From an uncultured candidate division Zixibacteria bacterium (GTDB taxonomy: Bacteria; Zixibacteria; MSB-5A5; RBG-16-43-9), in contig OY970208.1 of assembly GCA_963713865.1 (NCBI GenBank), positions 384,001-448,000 on the forward strand: DNA of 64,000 bases, given 5' to 3'. Within the stretch, counting starts at the first letter, position 1, and every line of letters begins with the position of its first letter. Shown piece by piece: positions 21,425 to 31,143 of the stretch. The translations under genes were made by a program, and so were the position numbers. The notes beneath the pieces were generated by a model. That model was given only the letters and a program-made list of their open reading frames with translations. It did not search any database and was not told where the DNA came from.

Positions 21425-22999
21425 ATGAATAATTATCCTCTGCAGAGAAATGGCTGGGAGAATTATTTAGGGGTAAATAACCTTTTCTTTTTTGCCAGAA
21501 GCCTGCTTTTTTTAGGGCTTTGTATCTGGCTTGCTTTTGCCCCGACTCCTCTGACTTCTCCTTATTTTGGATGGGTACTTCTTGCTATCTTCCTTTTACA
21601 GCTTTTTGGACTATACATTTACGTTTCCAGGTTCAAACCCAAATCAACTCATTTTTATAGCTTCACCTCCATTTTTGACCTGGTTTTCATAACCTTCCTG
21701 GTTTTATCTACCGGTGGGGTTAAAAGCGATTTCTATCTTCTTTATTATCTTTCTATCTCCCTCGGGGCTTATCAATTGGGTTTTAGCTCAGGACTTTTCC
21801 TGGCGTTTTTAGCCAACCTCTTATATCTCATAACTAATACCCCCCACCTGAATGAAATTTTCTTAGGGGACCTGTTGATTCGGCTATCTTTCCTCTGGGT
21901 TTTTGCCGCAGGAATTGGTAAACTTTCTATATTCTTGAAAGACTCAGAGGCAAGGCTTATGCAGGTATTCGATACTTTAAACCTGAGGACCTCAGAACTG
22001 GAAAAATCCCAGCTGCAGATCGAGACTGTTTATGAGGCTAGCCGTTCTTTAGGTGAGATCTACAGATTTGAACAGGTGATTGATGAGGTCTTAGAGATAG
22101 CTCAAAGGATATTAAAGTATCCGCACTTCACGATTCTGCTTCTGGATAAACAGAAAGAGGATCTTCTTCTGAAAGGGAAAATAGAGTCCGGTCGCAAGTT
22201 TCAATATACAGATCCTCCAGAGATCTCCTTAAGTGGTATAGCGGGCTCAGCTTTAAAAGAAGGTAAAGGGGTAAGGATCTATGAAGTCAAAGATGATCCC
22301 CGGTATATACCCGGTTTAGAAGGAGCCCATTCAGAGATGGCAGTCCCGATGATCTCTCAGGGTAAAACCATCGGGGTTTTGAACGCTGAGTCCAGAAAGG
22401 TTGGAGCATTTTCAGAGCAGGACCAGAAGATTTTCTCCATATTAGCCAGTTCAGCTGCTATGGCTTTAGAGAATGCCAGCCTCCATCAGAAGATGGAGGA
22501 ACTAACTGTTATCGATGAGCTTACCGGGATCTATAATTATCGCTATTTCGTACAGAAACTCGCTAATGAGCTTAAAAGAGCCAGAAGGTATCATCAGAAC
22601 CTTTCCCTGTTGATGATCGATATCGACTGGTTTAAAAGATATAATGACAACTATGGGCATCTTTTTGGCAACCTGATTTTAAGTGATTTAGCCAAGGTAA
22701 TCAAAAGCTGTATCCGTGATACTGATGTTCTGATCCGTTATGGAGGTGAGGAGTTTGTGGTGATACTCCCCCAAACTGAAAAAGAAGATGCGCGGAACAT
22801 CGGGGAGAGAATACGCTCTAAGGTCGAACAGGCCCAATTCGAGGAGAAGGAAAAAAAAATCAAGGTTAGCTTGACTGTGAGTTTAGGGGTTGCCACCTTT
22901 CCGGAGAATGGAACTGAACCAGAGGAGCTGGTTAGAAGTGTGGACCAGGCTTTATATTTAGCTAAAGGTAAAGGTAAGAACTTAATCTGCTCTCTATAA
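21425..22999 (+). CDS. Membrane-bound GAF-GGDEF diguanylate cyclase
   Basis: TM region, GAF (SEMAVPM), DELTG, RDTD I-site, RYGGEEF. Confidence 0.92.
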   Translation: MNNYPLQRNGWENYLGVNNLFFFARSLLFLGLCIWLAFAPTPLTSPYFGWVLLAIFLLQLFGLYIYVSRFKPKSTHFYSFTSIFDLVFITFLVLSTGGVKSDFYLLYYLSISLGAYQLGFSSGLFLAFLANLLYLITNTPHLNEIFLGDLLIRLSFLWVFAAGIGKLSIFLKDSEARLMQVFDTLNLRTSELEKSQLQIETVYEASRSLGEIYRFEQVIDEVLEIAQRILKYPHFTILLLDKQKEDLLLKGKIESGRKFQYTDPPEISLSGIAGSALKEGKGVRIYEVKDDPRYIPGLEGAHSEMAVPMISQGKTIGVLNAESRKVGAFSEQDQKIFSILASSAAMALENASLHQKMEELTVIDELTGIYNYRYFVQKLANELKRARRYHQNLSLLMIDIDWFKRYNDNYGHLFGNLILSDLAKVIKSCIRDTDVLIRYGGEEFVVILPQTEKEDARNIGERIRSKVEQAQFEEKEKKIKVSLTVSLGVATFPENGTEPEELVRSVDQALYLAKGKGKNLICSL

Positions 23000-23007
23000 G
23001 GAAAAAA

Positions 23008-23987
23008 GTGGATAAATTGAGGCTTGGTCAAATCTTTTGTTTGGGATATCAAGGGGTGGAACCCTCAGTTGAGTTTATAAACTTAGTCCAGAAGTATAAC
23101 CTGGGGGGGGTAATCCTTTTCTCTCGAAATCTAAACACGAAAGAAAAAATTAAAGAGAAGATTGAACTACTGCAAAGAAGATCTAAAATTCCACTCTTTG
23201 TAATGATAGATCAGGAAGGGGGTAGAATAAATCGCATTACGGATAATTTCCCTCTTTTCCCGGCTAATAAATTTTACGGAGAAAGTAAAGATAAAAATGG
23301 GGTGCATAAAGCTTACAGTCAAACTGCTAAGGAATTAAAGAGATTGGGCATTAATGTAAATTTAGCCCCAGTTGTGGATGTACTTACCAACCCTTCTAAT
23401 TCAGTAATAGGGGATAGGTCATTTGGATCCGATCCAGAATTGGTAGCAGAATTTTCTAAGATTGCTATTGAAGCTATCAGAGAAGAAGGGGTTTTAGCTT
23501 GTGCTAAACATTTTCCCGGAATAGGGATCTCTCAGAAGACCCTCATCAAATTCTGCCTTACAATTCAAATCCAAAACAGAGGTTTGATACGATAGATTTC
23601 CTCCCTTTTATAACAGCTATATCCTGTGAAGTAGATTTCATAATGAGCACACATCTATTCGCAACTGAGTTGGACCCGATCTTTCCAGCTTCCCTTTCAA
23701 AAAAAATCTGTTCAGAAATTTTAAGAGAAGAGCTAAATTTTAAGGGGGTTTTGCTCAGCGATGATATGCAAATGAAAGCCATAAGGGAGAACTATCCCTT
23801 AGAAGAAGCCTGCCTTTTAGCCTTTGAAGCCGGGAACGATATGATTTTACTAGCGGAAAATTTAGAGGAACAGACAAAGGTGATAGAACACTTTGAAAAA
23901 AAGTTAAAAGATAAAGAATTAAACCTACCTCGATATTCCGAGGTAATAAACAGGATCTTAGCTTTAAAAGAAAAAAGATTGAAATAG
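23008..23987 (+). pseudogene. nagZ: Beta-N-acetylhexosaminidase (GH3) split by a missing G at 23524-23526
   Basis: IDQEGG, NLAPVVD, KHFPG; adding one G restores IGDLSEDPH and joins the LSDDMQM half. Confidence 0.9.
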
Positions 23988-23995
23988 AGGCTTAA

Positions 23996-25201
23996 TTGAA
24001 CCTGAAAAGACTTATGGATAAGAGGAAAATGAAAGTAATCGGACTTATGTCCGGCACCTCAGCCAATGGAATAGATGCCTGTCTGATTGAAATCGAAAAG
24101 AAGGCAGCCGGTCTCGGTAATTCAAACCCGGAGCTTAAAATTAAACAGCTCGGTTTCAGAACCTTTAGATTTCCAAATTCTTTGCAAAGGAAAATCATAA
24201 CCGTATCCAGCCCTGGTTATCAGGATGTCGACGAGACCATCAGGCTGGATTTTCTTTTAGGAGAATATTTTACAAATGCCGCTATAAAAATGGCTGAAAC
24301 TTGTGATCTAAAATTAAAAGATATAGACCTCATCGGCTCACACGGTCAAACCGTAAGACACCTTCCCTCTTTTAAGAAAATGGGTAACTATCTGGTTAGA
24401 GGAACTCTTCAAATAGGGGAACCTATGGTGATCTCAACCCGGACCGGGATTGTTACCGTAGCTGATTTCAGGAGAAAAGATATTGCCCTGGGTGGAGAAG
24501 GAGCCCCCCTTACTCCTTTAGCCCATTTTTATCTTTTCCATAAAGAAAATAAAGCTCAGGGAGTTTTAAACCTAGGTGGAATCTCTAACCTCACTTTTCT
24601 ACCCAGAGGTAAAGGTGGGAAAAAAGTTTGGGGTATGGATGTTGGTCCGGGGAATATGCTCATAGACAGTCTGATGAGAAGATATTTTAACAAGAATTTT
24701 GATAAGGATGGTAACATTGCATTTAAGGGTAAAATCGTCAATCCCATCCTGAAAAAACAGCTGGAGAGAATTAATTTGCTTCTGAAGAGAAGGAAAAGTT
24801 TGGGAAGGGAGGATTTCGACAAGAAATTCACAGAAGATTTTGTCCGGAAAGCTGAAAGATATTCTACCAAACCTGAGGATCTTATAGCCACAGCCAGTGA
24901 GCTTACCGTAAGATCGATCTATCAAAATTATCTGAAGTTTTTCAAGAAAAAAGCTAAAATAGAGGAGCTGATCCTCTGCGGGGGTGGAGCTTTAAACCGA
25001 TATTTGTTCTTAAGGCTTGAAGAGCTTTTCTATCCGGTTAAGGTTTACTTATCAGATGATCTGGGATACAACCCTCTAACAGTTGAACCGATCTCTTTTG
25101 CCATCTTTGCCTTTCTTACCTTATCACAATTACAGGGAGATGTTCCAGAATTAGCCAGAGCCGGAAAAACCATAATCTCAGGGAAAATATGCTTGCCTTA
25201 A
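23996..25201 (+). CDS. anmK: Anhydro-N-acetylmuramic acid kinase
   Basis: GLMSGTS, GSHGQT, DFR..D...GGEGAPL, NLGGISN. Confidence 0.93.
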   Translation: MNLKRLMDKRKMKVIGLMSGTSANGIDACLIEIEKKAAGLGNSNPELKIKQLGFRTFRFPNSLQRKIITVSSPGYQDVDETIRLDFLLGEYFTNAAIKMAETCDLKLKDIDLIGSHGQTVRHLPSFKKMGNYLVRGTLQIGEPMVISTRTGIVTVADFRRKDIALGGEGAPLTPLAHFYLFHKENKAQGVLNLGGISNLTFLPRGKGGKKVWGMDVGPGNMLIDSLMRRYFNKNFDKDGNIAFKGKIVNPILKKQLERINLLLKRRKSLGREDFDKKFTEDFVRKAERYSTKPEDLIATASELTVRSIYQNYLKFFKKKAKIEELILCGGGALNRYLFLRLEELFYPVKVYLSDDLGYNPLTVEPISFAIFAFLTLSQLQGDVPELARAGKTIISGKICLP

Positions 25202-26478
25202 CGCTACTAAGAATAAGAACTTTTGGGATTAAGCTCGGTTTAATCCTTATTTCCATTTTCATATATAACTGTGCCCAGATACCTCTTTACCGGGAGGAGC
25301 CCTATTATCGCCGACTCAAAATCCCGAGCGTTAAGGTGAAGCTTTTAGAAACTAAAGAAAACCTGGAGGTAGCACCTGCTGGCTCATTTGTTATCCGTTG
25401 TTATAATCAAAAAAATGAAGGTAAAAACTCTGAGTATTTTTCCTCTGCTCAGATCTGGATCAAAGTAAAAGCCGAAGGGATAACCTTGGGGGCAAAAGGG
25501 CAAAAGGAATTAGAAAGTAAACTGCAGAGAATAATTTTTGAACCAAGGGGTGATAAGCAGTGGTTCTATCTAAATGGTAATAGATACAGAGGATTATTGG
25601 AGATTAATTATTCACCAGAAGATAGTTCCGCTTTAGCTTTGAATTTAGTTTTTGTGGAAGACTATTTAAAGGGAGTCCTTCCAGGGGAAATAGGAAAGTG
25701 GGGAGAAAAAGAGCTTGAAGCTTTAAAGGCTCAGGCAATAGCCGCTAGAACCTATGCTCTTTATTCTTCCGGCAACTATAAAGAAAAAGGGTATGACTTA
25801 GAGTCGACTGTAGCAGATCAGGTTTATCTGGGAGTAGATTCTGAGAACATACTGTCTAATCTGGCAATTCAAAAGACTAAAGGGATGATCTTAATTTATA
25901 ACGGGAAACCGATCAAAGCACATTATCATGCCAATTGTGGTGGCTGGACCGAAAGGATAGAGGAGGTCTGGAACAAATCACCAGAGCCTTATCTTAATTC
26001 GTATGGAGACAATAGCTTCTGTTCCTGGGCAAAGAATGCAACCTGGGAGGAAAGCTGGTCGAGGGAAGAATTAGAAGAGATTGTAAATACTTATATTACG
26101 CCTTATCAGGAATTACCCCAGGGAGGTATCGGTAAAATTTTAGACTTGAAAGTATTAGAGATATTTCCTTCGGGCAGGGTTTCATTTTTAGAGTTAAGAA
26201 CCGATAAATATATTATCAAGCTGGAGAAGGATAATATCAGATGGGTTTTGAGGAGAAAAAATCCACCTCATCCTATTCTTCCCAGTACTTTTTTCGATAT
26301 ATATCTTCAGAGAGACACATCTGACCAACTGGAAAAAATTGTTTTCCAAGGTTCTGGAAATGGTCATGGTGTGGGTATGTGCCAGACCGGAGCTATAGGA
26401 AGAGCTCGGGCTGGTCAGAGCTACCGGGCAATTCTTTCTCATTATTATCGGGGGGCAAAAATAGTTAAGCTTTACTAA
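25189..26478 (+). CDS. SpoIID/LytB-family lytic transglycosylase
   Basis: YLKGVLPGE, EALKAQAIAARTY, QVY, GHGVGMCQ. Confidence 0.92.
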   Translation: MLALTLLRIRTFGIKLGLILISIFIYNCAQIPLYREEPYYRRLKIPSVKVKLLETKENLEVAPAGSFVIRCYNQKNEGKNSEYFSSAQIWIKVKAEGITLGAKGQKELESKLQRIIFEPRGDKQWFYLNGNRYRGLLEINYSPEDSSALALNLVFVEDYLKGVLPGEIGKWGEKELEALKAQAIAARTYALYSSGNYKEKGYDLESTVADQVYLGVDSENILSNLAIQKTKGMILIYNGKPIKAHYHANCGGWTERIEEVWNKSPEPYLNSYGDNSFCSWAKNATWEESWSREELEEIVNTYITPYQELPQGGIGKILDLKVLEIFPSGRVSFLELRTDKYIIKLEKDNIRWVLRRKNPPHPILPSTFFDIYLQRDTSDQLEKIVFQGSGNGHGVGMCQTGAIGRARAGQSYRAILSHYYRGAKIVKLY

Positions 26479-26512
26479 CACTCTTCTTTTTTAAAAAAAC
26501 TAAAAAAAATAC

Positions 26513-26542
26513 TTGACAACCAAGCTTGCCTTTCTTTAAATT
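26513..26542 (+). promoter_or_regulatory. Sigma70-type promoter for the first ompA
   Basis: TTGACA at 26513, TAAATT 18 bp downstream, A-rich upstream tract. Confidence 0.5.
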
Positions 26543-26685
26543 CTTAAAACTTTAGATGTTAGAACGTGATTATATAAAAAGGGAATTTTAACTTAACGGA
26601 AGGAGGGGGTGATACCCGACCGAAAAATAAGTTTTTAAACCGGGGCAAGTTTCAGATCGAAAACTTTTAAACAGGAGGTAAGAAA

Positions 26686-28212
26686 GTGAAAAAACTAACT
26701 TGGCTACTCGGAGTAACTGTGTTAGTTCTTACATTGAGCGTTGTTTCATACCCCATCGAGATGAAGGGTATGGTTGGATTGGGGGCTCACGGTGGATTGT
26801 GGAAACCGGTCCTGACTGACCATTCAGACTTTTGGACAGTGGGGTTTGACGGCGGCGCTACTTTGAAGTACGGTATTCTGAAAAACTTAGCCATTGGTGT
26901 GACCGGAACTTACTTAATTACTTGGGAGGCAAAGCTGGACACAGAATCCAAGCTGAGCGATGGAGCGAAATTCACTTTCTCTAAGGCAGATAATGCAGCG
27001 AAGAATCAGCATATGATAATTGAGGCAGCTGCCTATTACTATTTTCTGCCGGATAAGAAATTCACTCCTTACATTTTCGGAGGCGGTGGTATAGACATCT
27101 GGAAGTGGAAAGACTATAATGGAGATCCAGTGTATTTTAAACCGGAAACTTCAGGTCTGGCAGATTCGGTTGAGATAAAAGACCAGGAGATCACGGCTTT
27201 AGCAGGAGCAGGTATTGAATATTATCCTACACCGCAAGTGGGCATTAATATCGGCGCCAAATTCCATTACCTGACCCATCTTCTGACAAGTTTTAAAAAT
27301 GACAAGAAAATCGTGGGAACGGGTGTCAATCAGTTAGACCTTCCCAAAGGGATTGTAGAGGCTTTTGTAGGGATAAATTACTATCTGGGGAAACCAAAGG
27401 ATACAGATAAGGATGGAGTACCAGAGAAGACCGATCAGTGTCCTGATACTCCCTTAGGATGCCTGGTAGATGCCAATGGTTGTCCACTGGATGCGGATAA
27501 CGATGGGATCTGCGATGGCTTAGACAAATGCCCGGGGACTCCCAAAGGGTGTAAGGTAGATGCCACTGGCTGTCCCACGGATGCAGATGCTGATGGTGTT
27601 TGCGATGGCTTGGATAAGTGTCCAGATACTCCCAAAGGGATAAAAGTAGATGCAATGGGCTGTCCGTTGGATGCAGATGCAGATGGTGTACCTGATTATA
27701 AAGACAAGTGTGCTGACACTCCCAAAGCCTGCAAGGTAGATGAAAATGGTTGCCCCGTTGATTCAGATAAGGATGGTGTTTGTAATGGAATGGATAAATG
27801 TCCCGATACTCCGGCCGGCAAAAAAGTTGATGCTACCGGCTGTCCTATCTCTGAGTTTATACCTGAGCCGGAGAAACCAGTGGTTCTGCACGGTGTCAAC
27901 TTTGAGTTCAATAAATCTTTACTGACTACCGGATCTAAGACCATCTTAGACCAGGTAGCATCTAGTTTGATAGATCGGCCGGATGTTAAGGTGGAAATCG
28001 GTGGACACACTGACTCCAAAGGATCAGATGCATACAACCTTAAGCTCTCTAATGCACGAGCCGATGCAGTGAAGCAATACTTGCTCAGTAAGGGAGTCAA
28101 AGCTGACAACCTGACAGCTAAGGGTTACGGGGAAACCCAACCCATCGCGGACAACAAAACCGATGAGGGCCGTGCTGAAAACCGAAGAGTAGAGCTGAAG
28201 CGGATTCAGTAA
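26686..28212 (+). CDS. OmpA-family protein: beta-barrel, five TSP3-like repeats, OmpA C-domain
   Basis: Signal peptide, DxDxDGVxDxxDKCP repeats, GHTD..G...N..LS..RA, NRRVE. Confidence 0.92.
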   Translation: MKKLTWLLGVTVLVLTLSVVSYPIEMKGMVGLGAHGGLWKPVLTDHSDFWTVGFDGGATLKYGILKNLAIGVTGTYLITWEAKLDTESKLSDGAKFTFSKADNAAKNQHMIIEAAAYYYFLPDKKFTPYIFGGGGIDIWKWKDYNGDPVYFKPETSGLADSVEIKDQEITALAGAGIEYYPTPQVGINIGAKFHYLTHLLTSFKNDKKIVGTGVNQLDLPKGIVEAFVGINYYLGKPKDTDKDGVPEKTDQCPDTPLGCLVDANGCPLDADNDGICDGLDKCPGTPKGCKVDATGCPTDADADGVCDGLDKCPDTPKGIKVDAMGCPLDADADGVPDYKDKCADTPKACKVDENGCPVDSDKDGVCNGMDKCPDTPAGKKVDATGCPISEFIPEPEKPVVLHGVNFEFNKSLLTTGSKTILDQVASSLIDRPDVKVEIGGHTDSKGSDAYNLKLSNARADAVKQYLLSKGVKADNLTAKGYGETQPIADNKTDEGRAENRRVELKRIQ

Positions 28213-28269
28213 GACCGCAGAATCATAGAACAGAGATCATCCAGAAGTGTGGTCTATGTGGAGAGAGGA

Positions 28270-28300
28270 GAAGGGCATCCAGTAGATGCCCTTCCTTTTT
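28270..28300 (+). terminator. Intrinsic terminator
   Basis: GAAGGGCATC-CAGTA-GATGCCCTTC followed by T-run. Confidence 0.8.
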
Positions 28301-28454
28301 TCTATAACTTTTTCTCTTTGGATTTTTCACAGAAAAAAGCGAGTTCTTTTTAAAATGAATTTCTGCATAATTGATGAAGGGGGTGATACCCAAAAGAAAA
28401 ATTATTTTAAATTTTAGCAATTATAAACTTAAAACTTTAACAGGAGGTAAGAAG

Positions 28455-29966
28455 GTGAAAAAACTTACCTGGCTATTCGGGGTAACAGTGTTAGTTCTTG
28501 CGCTGAGCGTTGCATCATACCCTATGGAGATGAAAGGTATGGTTGGATTGGGGGCGCATGGGGGTCTGTGGAAACCGGTCTTGACCGATCACTCTGATTT
28601 ATGGATTGTAGGACCCCAAGGCGGGGTTACTCTTAAATATGGTATTCTGAAGAACTTAGCCATTGGTGTAACTGGTACCTATGCTTATACCTGGCAGGCA
28701 AAGCTGGAAGGAAGTAAAATAGAAGATGGAGCTGGGTTTACCTTCTCCAAAGCCGATAGTGCTATGACCTTTGAGAATATAATGATCGATGTAGCTGCCT
28801 ATTACTATTTTATGCCCGAGAAGAAATACACCCCCTATGTCTTTGGAGGTGGTGGAATCTCTATATGGAAATGGAAAAACTTTAAAGGTGAACCTCTGAC
28901 TTTCCCAACTAAAAATTATGCCACTGATTCTACTACCTTTGAGATAAAAGATCAGGAGATAACTGCTTTAGTGGGTGTAGGTGTTGAGTGGTATCCCATA
29001 GAGAATCTGGGTATAAATATCGGTGGTAAGTTCCATTATTTAACCCGTCTTCTGACTAGTTTTACAGATAATAAAGATATGGTTGGTACAGAAGCTGGTG
29101 AATTAGACCTACCCAGAGGGATTCCAGAAGCTTTTGTGGGGATAAATTACTATTTTGGAAAACCAAAGGATACAGATAAGGATGGAGTGCCAGATAAAAT
29201 TGACCAGTGTCCGGACACACCTTTGGGCTGTTTGGTGGATGCCAACGGTTGTCCCACCGATGCGGATAACGATGGGATTTGCGATGGTTTGGATAAATGC
29301 CCGGATACTCCCAAAGGTTGTAAGGTGGATGCAACTGGATGCCCGACAGATGCGGATGCCGACGGTGTTTGCGATGGATTGGATAAGTGTGCTGATACTC
29401 CCAAAGGGGTAAAGGTAGATGCCACAGGTTGTCCGCTGGATGCAGATGAAGATGGAATACCCGATTTCAAGGATAAGTGCCCGGATACTCCTAAGGGATG
29501 TAAGGTGGATGAAACTGGTTGTCTCACAGATTCAGATAAAGATGGTGTTTGTGATGGTTTGGATAAATGCCCGGATACCCCGGCTGGAATAGAGGTTGAT
29601 GCTACTGGTTGTCCAAAGGTAAAACCAATTGAGCAGAAGATAACTCTGCATATAGTTTATAAGCCAGGAAGCGCAGAGATCGATGAGGCTAACAAAGCAA
29701 TTTTAGATGATCTGGCTTCCAGGCTTGCGACTTATAAGGATGTAAAGATCGAGGTGGGTGGTTATACCGATAATACTGGAACCGCAACTGCCAATAAGAA
29801 GCTTTCACAGAAGAGAGCAGATAAGGTTACTGATTATCTCATCTCCAAGGGAATAGAGAAAGATAGAATAACCTCGGTGGGTTACGGTGCAACTAATTTC
29901 ATAGCAGACAATGGAACCGAAGAAGGAAGACAGCAGAACCGCAGAGTGGAAATCATCCAGAAGTAG
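28455..29966 (+). CDS. OmpA-family paralogue with five TSP3-like repeats (GTG start)
   Basis: Near-identical signal peptide and RBS to 26686; GYTD, NRRVE. Confidence 0.92.
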   Translation: MKKLTWLFGVTVLVLALSVASYPMEMKGMVGLGAHGGLWKPVLTDHSDLWIVGPQGGVTLKYGILKNLAIGVTGTYAYTWQAKLEGSKIEDGAGFTFSKADSAMTFENIMIDVAAYYYFMPEKKYTPYVFGGGGISIWKWKNFKGEPLTFPTKNYATDSTTFEIKDQEITALVGVGVEWYPIENLGINIGGKFHYLTRLLTSFTDNKDMVGTEAGELDLPRGIPEAFVGINYYFGKPKDTDKDGVPDKIDQCPDTPLGCLVDANGCPTDADNDGICDGLDKCPDTPKGCKVDATGCPTDADADGVCDGLDKCADTPKGVKVDATGCPLDADEDGIPDFKDKCPDTPKGCKVDETGCLTDSDKDGVCDGLDKCPDTPAGIEVDATGCPKVKPIEQKITLHIVYKPGSAEIDEANKAILDDLASRLATYKDVKIEVGGYTDNTGTATANKKLSQKRADKVTDYLISKGIEKDRITSVGYGATNFIADNGTEEGRQQNRRVEIIQK

Positions 29967-29990
29967 TTATCTTTCTTCTAAATGATTTAT

Positions 29991-30017
29991 GTAGGGGCGG
30001 GGTAATCCCGCCCCTAC
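29991..30017. repeat. GTAG-type REP palindrome, probably acting as terminator
   Basis: GTAGGGGCGGG-GTAAT-CCCGCCCCTAC followed by T-run, overlapping the mazG stop. Confidence 0.75.
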
Positions 30018-30823
30018 TTTTTTTTATACTTTTTCCCGAATTTGAATCCTGTGGACTTGGATTTTTCCCATAGAAAATCGAGCTCTTTTAAGCTGGTTTC
30101 CTTAAGAGACTTTTTGCTTCTGGACAGTTCTTCCTCAATAAAATTAAATCTCTTCATAAATTTTTTTACAGTCCTTCTTAAGGCAAGCTCAGGATTTATC
30201 TTAAGGTGTCGGGATAAATTTACCAGGGTGAAGAAGATGTCACCTAATTCTTCTTCGATTTTCTTCTTGTTTTTAGAGCGGTAAGCTTTTTTGAACTCAT
30301 TCAATTCCTCATTTAACTTAGGCAAAATATCTACACTTCTCTGCCAGTCAAAACCATACCTCCCCACTTTTTCCCCAACCCGGTAAGCTTTTAGTAAAGC
30401 AGGGAAAATCTCAGGTATCCCGGATAAGACCGATTTGTTTTCTGTTGTGGCAAGTTTTATATGTTCCCAGTTTTTTATCACCTGGTCAGGAGATAGCTTT
30501 TTCTTTTTTTTGAAAACGTGCGGATGCCTTTGAATAAGCTTAGTTCTCAGATTATTAATCACCTCAAAGATATCAAACCTTTTTTGCTCTCTGGCTATTT
30601 CCGAGTGAAAGATAATCTGCAAAAGTAAATCTCCCAATTCTTCTTTGAATTTGAGATCATCCTTTTTCTCCGCTGAGTCCAGGACCTCATAAGCTTCTTC
30701 TAACAGATAAGGGAGAAGAGAGCTATGGGTCTGAGCCCTGTCCCAGGGACATCCTTTTTTTGAGCGGAGAAGGCTCATCAGGTTGACTAACTGGTTGAAA
30801 CTTTCGGAATCTTTTTTCTTCAC
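30014..30823 (-). CDS. mazG: Nucleoside triphosphate pyrophosphohydrolase
   Basis: GCPWD..QT, EEAYEV, EELGDLL, second EELGD. Confidence 0.95.
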   Translation of the reverse strand: MKKKDSESFNQLVNLMSLLRSKKGCPWDRAQTHSSLLPYLLEEAYEVLDSAEKKDDLKFKEELGDLLLQIIFHSEIAREQKRFDIFEVINNLRTKLIQRHPHVFKKKKKLSPDQVIKNWEHIKLATTENKSVLSGIPEIFPALLKAYRVGEKVGRYGFDWQRSVDILPKLNEELNEFKKAYRSKNKKKIEEELGDIFFTLVNLSRHLKINPELALRRTVKKFMKRFNFIEEELSRSKKSLKETSLKELDFLWEKSKSTGFKFGKKYKKK

Positions 30824-30921
30824 AGGTTTGCCTTTCGAATAATTTTCATATTGTAATTCAAATTACATTCCTAGATAATAAAATAAAAACAGGTGCTGAA
30901 ATCTATAAGTTTTTTACGAAG

Positions 30922-31065
30922 GTAGGGGTTAGATTTATCAAACCCAAAATTGTGACGGGTTTGATGAATCAAGCCCTTATAGGTTAGTCTGTAGTCTGTA
31001 GGGGCAGACCCCCGTGTCTGCCCCGATGATTTTAGATGTAGGGGTTCAAAATATTGAACCCCTAC
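30922..31065. repeat. Cluster of four GTAG-type REP hairpins
   Basis: e.g. GTAGGGGCAGAC..GTCTGCCCC and GTAGGGGTTCAA..TTGAACCCCTAC. Confidence 0.75.
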
Positions 31066-31143
31066 AATTTAGATACTCCAAGATATTTAGGACAGTATCC
31101 CGTCTAGAGAGCAAAGCAAGATTACCAATTAGATTACAAAAAA

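Noticed and set aside
27400-29615. 90-bp periodic repeats suggesting CRISPR or DGR
   Set aside because: They are in-frame TSP3-like coding repeats with no unique spacers; no cas or reverse transcriptase gene
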